Assembly: GCA_030699935.1 (NCBI GenBank)
Contig: JAUYKS010000010.1
Span: forward strand, 1 to 56,297
Direction: 5' to 3'
Source: a bacterium
GTDB taxonomy: Bacteria; Patescibacteriota; SICC01
Length of the DNA: 56,297 bases
Positions 29,187 through 38,525 of the stretch are shown here, piece by piece. The notes beneath the pieces are model-generated. The model worked only from the letters and a program-made list of their open reading frames with translations. It was not told the DNA's origin and did not search any database. Each line of letters begins with the position of its first letter. The stretch's first letter is position 1. The position numbers and the translations under genes were made by a program.

Positions 29187-30461
29187 ATGGGCATCCTAGA
29201 TAAAGTCGGTTCGGTCTTCGCAGGTTCGGCCGGGCAGACCCTGGCCAACTATTTCATCGCGCTCGACATCGGGACGGAATTCGTCAAGGTCCTGATCTGC
29301 GAGATCGTCGACGGCAAGGCGGTGGTGATCGGCTCGGGCCGGCAGCGCCAGCGCCTCGGCGACATGCAGGGCGGCGCGGTCACCGACATCGGCGGCGTTA
29401 TCGAGAACTGCGAGAAGGCGCTGGAGCGTGCGCACCAGACGGCCGGTGTGATGCCGGAGCAGGTCGTGATGGGAATCGCCGGCGAGCTGGTCAAAGGCGC
29501 GACCACCACCGTCCATTACGAACGCGCCAAGCCGGATACCAAGATCGATCTCACCGAACTCAAGAACATCGTGCACAAGGTACAGTGGAAGGCGTTCGAC
29601 CAGGTCCGCCAGCAGCTGGCTTGGGAAACCGGCCACTCCGAGATCGACGTGAAGCTGGTGAACGCGGCGATCGTCGACGTCCGGATCGACGGGTACGGCG
29701 TGACCAACCCGGTCGGATTCCAAGGCAAGGACGTCACGATCGGGATTTTCAACGCGTTTGCGCCGTTGGTCCACCTGACCGCGCTGCAGGCGATTCCGGA
29801 AGAACTCGGCCTGGATCTGCTTTCGATCGCGGCGGAGCCGTACGCGGTGGCGCGCTGCCTCGGGATCGAAGACAGCTCGGAGTTCTCGGCGATCTTCATC
29901 GATATCGGCGGCGGCACCACCGACGTGGCCGTGGTGAATAACGGCGGCGTGGTCGGTACCAAGATGTTCGCGCTCGGCGGCCGGACGTTCACGCGGCGGC
30001 TGGCCCAGTCGCTGCACGCGCCGTTCGACAAGGCGGAGGAGACCAAGCTGGCCTACACCAGCCGGCTGCTCGACCAGCCGTCGACCAAGTTGGTCAAGGA
30101 CGCGGTGGCGGCCGACGCCGACGTCTGGCTGTCCGGCGTCCAGCTCACGTTGTCCGAGTTCGGCAACCTCGACCTCTTGCCGTCCCGGATCCTGCTTTGC
30201 GGCGGCGGCTCGGAGCTGCCGGAAATCTCCAAGGTCCTCGGCGGTGCCAAGTGGTATAAACAGCTTCCGTTCGCCAAAAAACCGACGGTCAGCTTCATCA
30301 GTCCGGAAGACATCCCGAACGTGAAGGACCAGACCCGCAGCCTGGTCGGCCCGCAGGACGTGACGCCGATGGCGCTGGCCAACCTGGCCCTCGACCTTGC
30401 CGGACCGGAAGAACTGTTACCATCGATATTGCGACGCGCCGTCAAAGCGATGACAACGTAA
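29187..30461 (+). CDS. ftsA: FtsA-like actin-fold cell-division ATPase
   Basis: ALDIGTEFVKV, FIDIGGGTTDVAV and LCGGGSELP phosphate/adenosine motifs, with a 1C-like insertion. Confidence 0.75.
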   Translation: MGILDKVGSVFAGSAGQTLANYFIALDIGTEFVKVLICEIVDGKAVVIGSGRQRQRLGDMQGGAVTDIGGVIENCEKALERAHQTAGVMPEQVVMGIAGELVKGATTTVHYERAKPDTKIDLTELKNIVHKVQWKAFDQVRQQLAWETGHSEIDVKLVNAAIVDVRIDGYGVTNPVGFQGKDVTIGIFNAFAPLVHLTALQAIPEELGLDLLSIAAEPYAVARCLGIEDSSEFSAIFIDIGGGTTDVAVVNNGGVVGTKMFALGGRTFTRRLAQSLHAPFDKAEETKLAYTSRLLDQPSTKLVKDAVAADADVWLSGVQLTLSEFGNLDLLPSRILLCGGGSELPEISKVLGGAKWYKQLPFAKKPTVSFISPEDIPNVKDQTRSLVGPQDVTPMALANLALDLAGPEELLPSILRRAVKAMTT

Positions 30462-30477
30462 GCCGCGACACGAACAT

Positions 30478-32286
30478 ATGAAAACGATCTATCTCGAACC
30501 CGATGAGGAAATCACCAGCGTCGTCGACCGCCTGCGGGAGCTCGACGACAAGGAAGTGGCGATCGTGGTGCCGAAGCGGGCGGCCTTGCTGCAGAGCATC
30601 GTCAACCTGAAGCTGCTGCGGTTCCAAGCCGAGCAGCAGGGTAAACGGATCAATATCGTCACCACCGACAAGACCGGACGCAACCTGGCGTCCGCGGTCG
30701 GCCTGACCGTCCATCAGAAAATGCCGGAAGGCGGCGAGGCGGTGAAGGAATCGGCGGTTCGCGAAGACGCGGACCAACCGGTCGAGATCCAGTACAAGCG
30801 CCGGCCGCCGAAGGAACCGAAGAAACCGTCCGACGATACGGCCGGGACCGAGATCGGTTACAAGAAAGGCAAGGGACCCGAGCTCGTGAAGCGGGAGATC
30901 AAGGGCGCCCCGCCGGAGCCGCCGGAAACGCCTGAAACTCCGGAGCCGTCCGAACCCGCGCCGGCACTGTCCAAACCTCAAGAACCGGATGCGAGCGGCG
31001 AACCGCGCTTTTCGGTACCGAAAACCAAGGGGGTCAAGCCGCGGGTTCCTCAGGTCAAACTGCCGAAAATCCCGAAGCCGTCCCTCCGCCTGCCGAAGCT
31101 CGGCAAGCTCGGAAAGCTGGGCCGGCGCGGACCGGTGATCATCGTGATCGCGCTGGTCGTCCTGCTGACCGGCGGCACGGCTGCGGCCGTGGTACTCCCC
31201 CGGGCCACCGTGACGGTCGTCCCGAAGACCGAACCGTTCAAGACCAAGATCCCCGTCAAGTTCTCGACGACCGCTCCGCGCGTGGACGCCAAGGACAATA
31301 TCGTTCCCGCCAAGACGATCGAAATCACCAAGCCAGGTTCGCTCAAGGCCCAGGCGACCGGACGGTCGATCGGGGGAGAGCCGGCCCGCGGCGAGATCAC
31401 CGTGGTGAACGAACTCAATCGCAACCAGCCGCTGGTCGCCCGGACGCGATTCCAGTCGCCCGACGGAAAGGTCTTCCGTGCCCAATCCGGCATCGTCGTG
31501 CCGGCCGGCGGCACCACGACGGTCCAGGTCGTGGCGGACGAAGGCGGTACCAACGGCAACCTCAAGCGCGGCCTCCGACTGTCGATTCCCGGCCTACAGA
31601 GCACGACCGCGGTCTACGGAAAGGTCGACAAGAACCTGTCCGGGGGCACCAATGCCGACGACACGACGATCTCCCAAGCCGACGTCGAGCGGGCCAAGTC
31701 CCGGCTGGGCCAGCGCTTGGCCGAGGAAGGTCTTGCCGAAGCCAAGAAGAAACTGCCGGTCGGCTCGACCTTGAACCCCGAAGTCGCCGCGGTGACGGTA
31801 CTCTCCTCTTCGGTCTCGCCCGCGGTCGGCGCGACGGCCAAGACCTTCGTTACGCAAGGCAGCGCCCGGATCACGTACTTCGCGTACGACGAGAAAACCC
31901 TGCGCCGCTTGATCGAGACGGACCTCAGGGCCAAGGTCCCGGGCGGCACGACGTTGGTCGAGCAACGCGAGGAACGGTTCGCGGTAGGTGGGAGCTCGGA
32001 CCAGGAGCTGGACACCGATCTGGTGATCGAGACCTTCACGGTGCCCGGACTGTCCGAAGCGGACATCGCCGAAGCGATCGCCGGCAAGTCGCCGGAAGAA
32101 GCGAAGCGGGTCATCACCGGAAACGGGCAGGCGACCGGCGTGCAGATCGACCTCTGGCCGTTCTGGGTCCGCTCGTTGCCGGGAGACGCGGCCAAGGTCG
32201 AGGTCCGTTTCAACGCCGACCCCGGCGCCTCGCCCTCGCCGTCCGTCCGCCCGTCCGATAAACCGAGCGCGACCCCCGGACGATGA
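30478..32286 (+). CDS. bitopic membrane protein of unknown function (cytoplasmic N-domain, Pro/Lys linker, one TM, large extracytoplasmic domain)
   Basis: 602-aa ORF with strong G+C third-position bias. TM segment GPVIIVIALVVLLTGGTAAAVVL. Begins 16 nt after ftsA and overlaps the ruvX start. Confidence 0.6.
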   Translation: MKTIYLEPDEEITSVVDRLRELDDKEVAIVVPKRAALLQSIVNLKLLRFQAEQQGKRINIVTTDKTGRNLASAVGLTVHQKMPEGGEAVKESAVREDADQPVEIQYKRRPPKEPKKPSDDTAGTEIGYKKGKGPELVKREIKGAPPEPPETPETPEPSEPAPALSKPQEPDASGEPRFSVPKTKGVKPRVPQVKLPKIPKPSLRLPKLGKLGKLGRRGPVIIVIALVVLLTGGTAAAVVLPRATVTVVPKTEPFKTKIPVKFSTTAPRVDAKDNIVPAKTIEITKPGSLKAQATGRSIGGEPARGEITVVNELNRNQPLVARTRFQSPDGKVFRAQSGIVVPAGGTTTVQVVADEGGTNGNLKRGLRLSIPGLQSTTAVYGKVDKNLSGGTNADDTTISQADVERAKSRLGQRLAEEGLAEAKKKLPVGSTLNPEVAAVTVLSSSVSPAVGATAKTFVTQGSARITYFAYDEKTLRRLIETDLRAKVPGGTTLVEQREERFAVGGSSDQELDTDLVIETFTVPGLSEADIAEAIAGKSPEEAKRVITGNGQATGVQIDLWPFWVRSLPGDAAKVEVRFNADPGASPSPSVRPSDKPSATPGR

Positions 32287-32663
32287 TGGCTCGGGCGATG
32301 AAAATCGTCGCGATCGACCTGGGCGCCGCGCGGAGCGGCCTGGCCGTCTCCGATGACAGCGGCCTGGTGGCGCGCCCGCTCAGGACGGTACCGACGGACC
32401 GGCTGGCGGACGAACTCCGAGGCTTGGTCGAGGAGGGCGTCGCTCGTTTCGTGGTTGGCCGTCCCCGGACGCTAGAAGGGGAACTTGGCAAACAGGCGGC
32501 TTGGGTAGACGCGCAGGTCGAGCGGCTGAAGGCCGCGGTCCCGGCCACTTATGAATACGAGGACGAGACGGGTTCGACCGCCGAAGCCGCGGCCCAGGGC
32601 GACGGCAGCGACGCCGCCGCGGCCCGGGTAATTCTCCAAGGATATCTCGATGCCCGCGCTTGA
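32283..32663 (+). CDS. ruvX: putative pre-16S rRNA nuclease / Holliday-junction-resolvase-like YqgF
   Basis: MKIVAIDLGAARSGLAVSD N-terminus. Start could be 32283, 32286 or 32298. Confidence 0.8.
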   Translation: MMARAMKIVAIDLGAARSGLAVSDDSGLVARPLRTVPTDRLADELRGLVEEGVARFVVGRPRTLEGELGKQAAWVDAQVERLKAAVPATYEYEDETGSTAEAAAQGDGSDAAAARVILQGYLDARA

Positions 32664-33687
32664 TCCGGAACGCCAAGCGGATTCGCCGCGGGCGCGGTCC
32701 CGCGGCCGGCGGTTCGCCCTCGTCCTGACCGTAACCATCCTGCTGGTCGTCGGGACGCTGCATTGGTACCGGACCAGCCTTCTCCCGACCGGCGCCGCCG
32801 AGGCGGTCGTGACTATCAAACAAGGCGCCACCCCCGACCAGATCGCGCAAGAGCTCAAGGCGAAGAACCTGATCCGATCCGAACGGGCGTTCGGATTGTA
32901 CGTTCGGCTGCACGGCCTGGCACCCGATCTCAACTCGGGGCGATTTCTGGTCTCTGGCGAGAAGCCGGCCGACGAAGTGGCCCGCACCCTGACCGGACGG
33001 CCGAACGCCAGCGATCAATTCACGATTCCGGAAGGGTTCACCCAGTTCGCGATCGGCCAACGGCTGGAACGGCTCGGCCTGACCGACGGCGAGGAGTTCC
33101 GGAACCTGAAAGCCGCCGACTTCCCGGAGTACGACTTCCTGCGCGAACTGCCGGAAGACGCCACGCTGGAGGGGTATCTCTTTCCCGAGACCTATTCGGC
33201 GCCGCACGCGGGTACTTCGGCCCGCGCGGTCGCCAAGATCATGCTGAATCAATTCCAAGAGGAAATCGCGCCGCTCCGGGCTAAGATCGCCGCCGGCAGC
33301 CGTTCCCTGCATGAACTCGTCACGGTGGCCTCGATCGCCGAGGAGGAAGTGAAGACGGACCGCGACCGCCGCTTGGTCGCGGGAATCATGTACCGCCGGC
33401 TGGAGCAGGGAATCCGCCTCGACGTCGACGTCACGGTGCGCTACGCCCTCGACAAACCGAGCGGCGCGCTGACCGCTGCCGATCTCGACACCGACGACCC
33501 GTACAACACCAGGCGGTTCAAAGGACTGCCGCCCGGGCCGATCGCCAACCCGGGGTTGGCCGCCATCGAAGCCGCCCTGGATCCGGAGCCGTCCGACTAT
33601 CTGTTCTATCTCTCAGCTCCCGACGGCACGACGTACTACGCCGAGACCAACGAGGGCCACGAGCGGAATAAGGCCGAGCACCTGTAA
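32650..33687 (+). CDS. mltG: endolytic murein transglycosylase
   Basis: YceG family: TIPEGF, LEGYLFPETY, ASIAEEE, YNTRRFKGLPPGPIANPG. Confidence 0.9.
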   Translation: MPALDPERQADSPRARSRGRRFALVLTVTILLVVGTLHWYRTSLLPTGAAEAVVTIKQGATPDQIAQELKAKNLIRSERAFGLYVRLHGLAPDLNSGRFLVSGEKPADEVARTLTGRPNASDQFTIPEGFTQFAIGQRLERLGLTDGEEFRNLKAADFPEYDFLRELPEDATLEGYLFPETYSAPHAGTSARAVAKIMLNQFQEEIAPLRAKIAAGSRSLHELVTVASIAEEEVKTDRDRRLVAGIMYRRLEQGIRLDVDVTVRYALDKPSGALTAADLDTDDPYNTRRFKGLPPGPIANPGLAAIEAALDPEPSDYLFYLSAPDGTTYYAETNEGHERNKAEHL

Positions 33688-33696
33688 GCTGTAGGC

Positions 33697-35013
33697 ATGG
33701 CGACTTTTTGGGACCATGTCGAGATAGGCGTGCAGGCTGGTGACGGCGGCAGCGGCCTGATCAGCTTCCGCCGCGAGTGGGGTGAGGCCAAGGGCGGCCC
33801 CGACGGTGGTGACGGCGGCAGCGGCGGCAGCGTCGTGCTAGTCGCCGATTCCGGTGTGAACACGCTGGCGGAATTCGGACGGAAGAAGCGACACGCGGCC
33901 AAGAACGGTACGGCCGGCGGCAAAGGGAAACGCCACGGCAAATCGGCGGACGACCTGTTGCTGCATGTGCCGGTCGGCACCGTCGCCCGCGAGGGCCGCG
34001 AGGGCAAAGGCGGCGAGAGCGGCCGCATCCTGGCCGACCTGACCGAACCGGGGGAGCAGGCGGTCATCGCCCGCGGCGGACGCGGCGGATTCGGCAACGC
34101 CCATTTCACGAGTTCCCGCCGCCAAGCGCCGCGACAGGCGGAGAAGGGCGAGCCGGGCGAAGAGCGCGAACTCGAGCTGGAACTTAAGCTCGTCGCGGAT
34201 GTCGGTCTGATCGGCATCCCGTCGGTCGGCAAATCGACCTTCCTGCGGTCGGTCAGCGCCGCCAGGCCCAAAGTCGCGGACTATCCTTTTACGACGACGG
34301 TTCCCCAACTCGGCATCGCGCAGTCCGGAGGCGACCGGCTCACCGTCGCGGACATTCCTGGCCTGATCGAAGGCGCGCATCAGGGCAAGGGACTCGGCGA
34401 TGCCTTCCTGCGCCACGTCGAGCGTACGAAAGTCCTGATCCACCTGCTCGACGCGACCCGCGAGGATCCGGCCGCGGATTACCGGGCGATCCGCCACGAA
34501 CTGGCTTCGTACGCGGCCACGTCCGCGAAGTCCCTGCCGCGGAAGCCGGAGCTGATCGCGCTCAACAAGTCCGACACGCTTCCGGAAGCCGAGGCCAAAC
34601 GGCTGGCCGAGGACCTTTCGAAACGGATCAAGCGTCCGGTCCACCCCGTCTCGGCCGCGGCCGGAAAAGGAATCTCCGGACTTTTGAACGAAGCCGCGAA
34701 GGTCGCCAAACGGCAGCGGAACGCCGGGACCAAGACCAAGGCCGTCCCGCGCCTGACGCTGTCCGAGCTGGCTCCGGGGGCGATCGCGGTACAGCCCGGC
34801 CCGAAAGGCACGTTCGAGGTCCGCGGCTCGCGCCTGGAGCGGTTGGCAAAACAGACCGACTTCGAGAATCCCGAGGCGGCGGAACGATTCTGGTGGACCG
34901 CCCGCCGGCACGGGCTGGACGACCGCCTGGAGAAACTGGGTGCCGAGGCCGATGCGCCGCTCCGGATCGCCGGCGTCGAATTGACTTGGCCGGGGCCCAC
35001 GGGACCTGCCTGA
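33697..35013 (+). CDS. obg: GTPase Obg/CgtA
   Basis: Gly-rich Obg fold (GDGGSG..., GGRGGFGNAHF), G1 GIPSVGKST, DIPGLIEGA and NKSD. Confidence 0.93.
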   Translation: MATFWDHVEIGVQAGDGGSGLISFRREWGEAKGGPDGGDGGSGGSVVLVADSGVNTLAEFGRKKRHAAKNGTAGGKGKRHGKSADDLLLHVPVGTVAREGREGKGGESGRILADLTEPGEQAVIARGGRGGFGNAHFTSSRRQAPRQAEKGEPGEERELELELKLVADVGLIGIPSVGKSTFLRSVSAARPKVADYPFTTTVPQLGIAQSGGDRLTVADIPGLIEGAHQGKGLGDAFLRHVERTKVLIHLLDATREDPAADYRAIRHELASYAATSAKSLPRKPELIALNKSDTLPEAEAKRLAEDLSKRIKRPVHPVSAAAGKGISGLLNEAAKVAKRQRNAGTKTKAVPRLTLSELAPGAIAVQPGPKGTFEVRGSRLERLAKQTDFENPEAAERFWWTARRHGLDDRLEKLGAEADAPLRIAGVELTWPGPTGPA

Positions 35014-35071
35014 CCTGGCGGCGGCAAACTGACGGTGGCAAGGCGCAGCGTGGTTGGTATACTGGCCCCGC

Positions 35072-35902
35072 ATGGAAACCAAAACGAAGCCGAAGCACCG
35101 GGTTCCGCTTTACAAACGCCGTAAGTTCTGGGGCGCGGTATTGCTTGCGTCCGTCCTGTCCGCCGGCACCGCCTTGTTCTTCTTCGTGCAGGAGACGCCG
35201 CTCAAGGAGGTCAAGGTCGACGGCCGGGGCGTATTGTCGATCGATACCGATCCGGACGACGCGACCATTCTGGTCGACGGCAAGGAACGCAGCCAACGCA
35301 CCGACTCACAATTCACCCTGCCGACCGGTGACCACAAGATAACGTTGCGCTTGGCCGGATACGACGAAGCGATAATCCCGATCGAGATTGCGGATACGAA
35401 CACGAAGGATAATCCCGTGACGATTGAGCACGCGTTCACCAAGCAGGGCCTCACGCCAGTCGAAGAACCGGTCAGCGAGTTCAAGACTTACACCAACGGC
35501 ACCTACGGCTATACCCTGCGGTATCCGAGGCGCTGGAAGGTGGTCGAGCACGGTCCGGACAACGTCATATTTACCGACCCTAAGGCGCCGGGCGGGCAGG
35601 GAGAAGAGGGCGAGGAACGGGCGCCGCTGACGGTCCTGGCGTTGGACAACCCGCGTTCGCTGGGGGCGGTGGCATGGTACAAGGCTCGCGAGGAGTATCC
35701 AGACGAAGACCAGTCGCTGATCAAGCAGAAGAAAGTCACCGTGAACGGCCTCACGGCCTATCGCTACGAGACTCCGTACGGATTCGTGCCGTACCTGATC
35801 ACCGTGGTCACCGAGGGTGACAAGGCCTTCCTGTTCCAGCAGATCCAGGATTCGCCGAACCGCAAGCTCTACGACCAGACTCTCGGCACGCTCACTTTCT
35901 GA
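35072..35902 (+). CDS. membrane-anchored PEGA-domain protein
   Basis: N-terminal TM, then DDATILVDGKERSQ...GDHKITLRLAGYD (PEGA-like). ATG lies 8 nt after TATACT. Confidence 0.6.
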   Translation: METKTKPKHRVPLYKRRKFWGAVLLASVLSAGTALFFFVQETPLKEVKVDGRGVLSIDTDPDDATILVDGKERSQRTDSQFTLPTGDHKITLRLAGYDEAIIPIEIADTNTKDNPVTIEHAFTKQGLTPVEEPVSEFKTYTNGTYGYTLRYPRRWKVVEHGPDNVIFTDPKAPGGQGEEGEERAPLTVLALDNPRSLGAVAWYKAREEYPDEDQSLIKQKKVTVNGLTAYRYETPYGFVPYLITVVTEGDKAFLFQQIQDSPNRKLYDQTLGTLTF

Positions 35903-35934
35903 TTTTCTGATCTTCCGCCGCAGGCGCCGGACTC

Positions 35935-35963
35935 TTGACAGTGGGCGTATTTTGTGCTATGTT
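35935..35963 (+). promoter_or_regulatory. sigma70-type promoter (TTGACA-17-TATGTT)
   Basis: TTGACA 35935-35940, 17-nt spacer, TATGTT 35958-35963, upstream of the 48-codon ORF. Confidence 0.6.
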
Positions 35964-35986
35964 TAGCCAATTTCCAAAAAACAAAC

Positions 35987-36133
35987 ATGAGCGATACCCT
36001 GCAAATCGTCCTCCCGTTCGCGACCGCCCTGGCCGTGCTCGGCGTATTCCACACCGTCGCCTATCTGCATCTGCGGCTCAACGAAGAAGATCGAGCGGAA
36101 GACGAACGCGACGGCGAGCTGTTGCGTTCGTGA
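35987..36133 (+). CDS. 48-aa small membrane protein (below the ORF-track cutoff)
   Basis: My translation: MSDTLQIVLPFATALAVLGVFHTVAYLHLRLNEEDRAEDERDGELLRS. One TM helix, strongly G+C-rich third positions, and its own promoter. Confidence 0.5.
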   Translation: MSDTLQIVLPFATALAVLGVFHTVAYLHLRLNEEDRAEDERDGELLRS

Positions 36134-36195
36134 CAAAGACTGCCTCGGGCCGAAAATCCGCTAGAATGATGGCGGAAACAAACAAAAGCGCCCGA

Positions 36196-37227
36196 ATGGC
36201 TACCGAACCAAAGCTAGATCCCGAAGGCATGCGTCAACGCGTGTTGGATTGGCCGTCGCTGTTTGAAAAGGGATACGGAACCGACGTCACGCTGCCGGCC
36301 GCCTACCGGAAGGCTAAGCAGGTCGTGTTCTGCTGCATGGGAGGCTCGGCGATCGGGGCCGGCATGCTCGGCGATTACCTGGCACCCGGCCTGAAAGTTC
36401 CGTACTTGGTGCACCGTGACTACGGCGTCCCCGAGTTCGTCGGGAAGGACACGCTGGTCGTCTGCGTGAGCCATTCCGGAGGTACCGAAGAGACCTTGTC
36501 CGGCTATGCTGCCGCCAAGGAGCGCGGCGCCCATATCCTCGCCGTCACGACCGGCGGCGAACTGGCCAAGCGAGCCAAGGCCGACGGCGTGGCGTTACTG
36601 CTCTACAAGAGCGACTTGCAGCCGCGCGCCGCGGTGCCGCAGGGATTCGGAATCCTGCTCCGGGCGATGGTGTCGTTGGGTATCGCCGAGGACCACGACG
36701 ACATCGTCCAAGAAGCGCTCACCCATCTTCGGCAAGTCGTGCAGACCGTGTCGGGAACGACCCGGCATGCGGCCGCCGACCTGGCCGGCCGTCTGCACGG
36801 CAAGGTCCCGATCATCTACGGTTCCGGGCTGACGGCGGACGCCGCAAGGCGGCTCAAGGGACAAGTCTCCGAGAACGCGAAACAGACCGCGGCGTGGGAA
36901 GTGATTCCGGAACAAAACCATAACGCCATCGTCGGGTTCGAATTCCCCGACGATATGCGCGACCACATCGTCTTCGTGATGCTGCGCACCGGACACGAGA
37001 ACCCCCGGCACTCCCTGCGTTTCGAGTTTGTGGAGTCGGTCCTGGCGGAACGGAAGATCGAGACAGCCAGCCTGCAGGGCGTCGGCCCGAACCGGCTCAG
37101 CCACCTGCTGACGGTGGTGTTCCTGGGCGACTTGGCCACCGTATTGCTCGCGGAGAAAAACGGGGTAGACCCGACGCCGGTGGAAATCATCGGCGAACTG
37201 AAGTCCCGTCTCGCGGAGGCCTCATGA
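36196..37227 (+). CDS. pgi: bifunctional phosphoglucose/phosphomannose isomerase (SIS-domain PGI/PMI type)
   Basis: LDPEGM near the N-terminus, VVFCCMGGSAIG and VSHSGGTEET SIS motifs. Start uncertain (ATG 36196, 36169 or 36166). The Arg-rich 5' part of the 430-aa ORF is rejected. Confidence 0.8.
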   Translation: MATEPKLDPEGMRQRVLDWPSLFEKGYGTDVTLPAAYRKAKQVVFCCMGGSAIGAGMLGDYLAPGLKVPYLVHRDYGVPEFVGKDTLVVCVSHSGGTEETLSGYAAAKERGAHILAVTTGGELAKRAKADGVALLLYKSDLQPRAAVPQGFGILLRAMVSLGIAEDHDDIVQEALTHLRQVVQTVSGTTRHAAADLAGRLHGKVPIIYGSGLTADAARRLKGQVSENAKQTAAWEVIPEQNHNAIVGFEFPDDMRDHIVFVMLRTGHENPRHSLRFEFVESVLAERKIETASLQGVGPNRLSHLLTVVFLGDLATVLLAEKNGVDPTPVEIIGELKSRLAEAS

Positions 37228-38525
37228 AGATCACCGGTGTCTCCGGACGGATGATCCTCGACTCTCGCGGCGTACCGACCGTCGAAGCGACGGTCCGGAC
37301 GGAGAAAGGCGCGGCCAGCGCCGGAGTGCCGGCCGGCACGTCGACCGGACGGCACGAGGCCAAGGAGCTGCGGGACGGCGGCGACCGCTGGAACGGGCAG
37401 GGCGTCCGGCAGGCGGTCAGTCACGTGAACGTGGAAATCTCCCACGCCCTGCAAGGCATGGACGCCACCGACCAGGCGGCGATCGACGCCAAACTGACCG
37501 AGTTGGACAAGTCGAAGAAGCCCGGCCTCGGCGCCAACGCGCTTCTGGCCGTCAGTGTAGCGACCTTCCTGGCCGCGGCCCGGGGCAAGCGGAAGGAACC
37601 GTGGCAGATGCTCGGAGGAGAATCGCCGGGGGCGTCGCAGCGCGGCCCGAAGGGCATCCCCGTACCGATGCTGAACCTGATCAACGGCGGCGCGCACGCG
37701 AAAAACGGCCTGGAGATCCAGGAGTTCATGGTCGTGCCGCTGGGGTTTGATACCTTCAGCGAGGCGCTCCGCGCCGCGACCGAGACTTACCACGCGCTGG
37801 GAACGATCCTCGACGAGCGCAACCTCGGCACAGGCGTCGGACTCGAGGGTGGTTTCGCGCCGCAGGTCGGGAACCATCATGACGCGCTGGACTTGCTGGT
37901 CCAGGCGATCGAGCGGGCCAAGTACCGGCCTGGGGAGCAGATCGGACTGGCACTCGACGTCGCCGCCACCGAACTGTACAAGGAGGGCGCGTACAAGTTG
38001 GCCGGGCAGACGATGCAGTCCGAGCAACTGGCGATCGAATACGAATCGTTACTCCGGCAGTATCCGATCGTCTCGATCGAGGATCCTTTCGCGGAGGACG
38101 ACTGGGACGGATGGGCCGCCGCTCCCGAGCGGGTGAAGACCGGCCGGATCGCGGACGACCTGACGGTGACCGACGCCAAACGGATCAAGCGGGCGGCGGG
38201 ATCCGGCGCGACCGGCGTCATCATCAAGCCGAACCAGCAGGGAACGTTGACCGCTGCTACGGCCGCCGTGGCCGCCGCTCGTGCCGCCGACCTGACCGTC
38301 ATCGCCAGCCACCGCAGCGGCGAGACGACAGACCACTGGATCGCCGACCTGGCCGTCGGCTGGGAAGCGGAATACATCAAGGCCGGCGCACCGGCGCGCG
38401 GCGAACGGGTAGCGAAGTACGACCGCCTGCTCGCGATCGAACAGGAGTTCGGCAGCCAGGCGGTGTACCGCGGGCCCGGACTCGCCGCGGGCAAAGAGGC
38501 CGCACCCAGAGGGACCGATGGCTGA
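37224..38525 (+). CDS. eno: enolase
   Basis: ILDSRGVPTVEA, SIEDPF, KPNQQGT and SHRSGET motifs. Confidence 0.93.
   Translation: MKITGVSGRMILDSRGVPTVEATVRTEKGAASAGVPAGTSTGRHEAKELRDGGDRWNGQGVRQAVSHVNVEISHALQGMDATDQAAIDAKLTELDKSKKPGLGANALLAVSVATFLAAARGKRKEPWQMLGGESPGASQRGPKGIPVPMLNLINGGAHAKNGLEIQEFMVVPLGFDTFSEALRAATETYHALGTILDERNLGTGVGLEGGFAPQVGNHHDALDLLVQAIERAKYRPGEQIGLALDVAATELYKEGAYKLAGQTMQSEQLAIEYESLLRQYPIVSIEDPFAEDDWDGWAAAPERVKTGRIADDLTVTDAKRIKRAAGSGATGVIIKPNQQGTLTAATAAVAAARAADLTVIASHRSGETTDHWIADLAVGWEAEYIKAGAPARGERVAKYDRLLAIEQEFGSQAVYRGPGLAAGKEAAPRGTDG

Noticed and set aside
36162-36171. A leaderless start for pgi at ATG 36166 or 36169.
   Set aside because: The TAGAAT hexamer (36162-36167) overlaps these ATGs. 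If it is the -10, they cannot be in the transcript. I chose ATG 36196 but left this flagged as uncertain.
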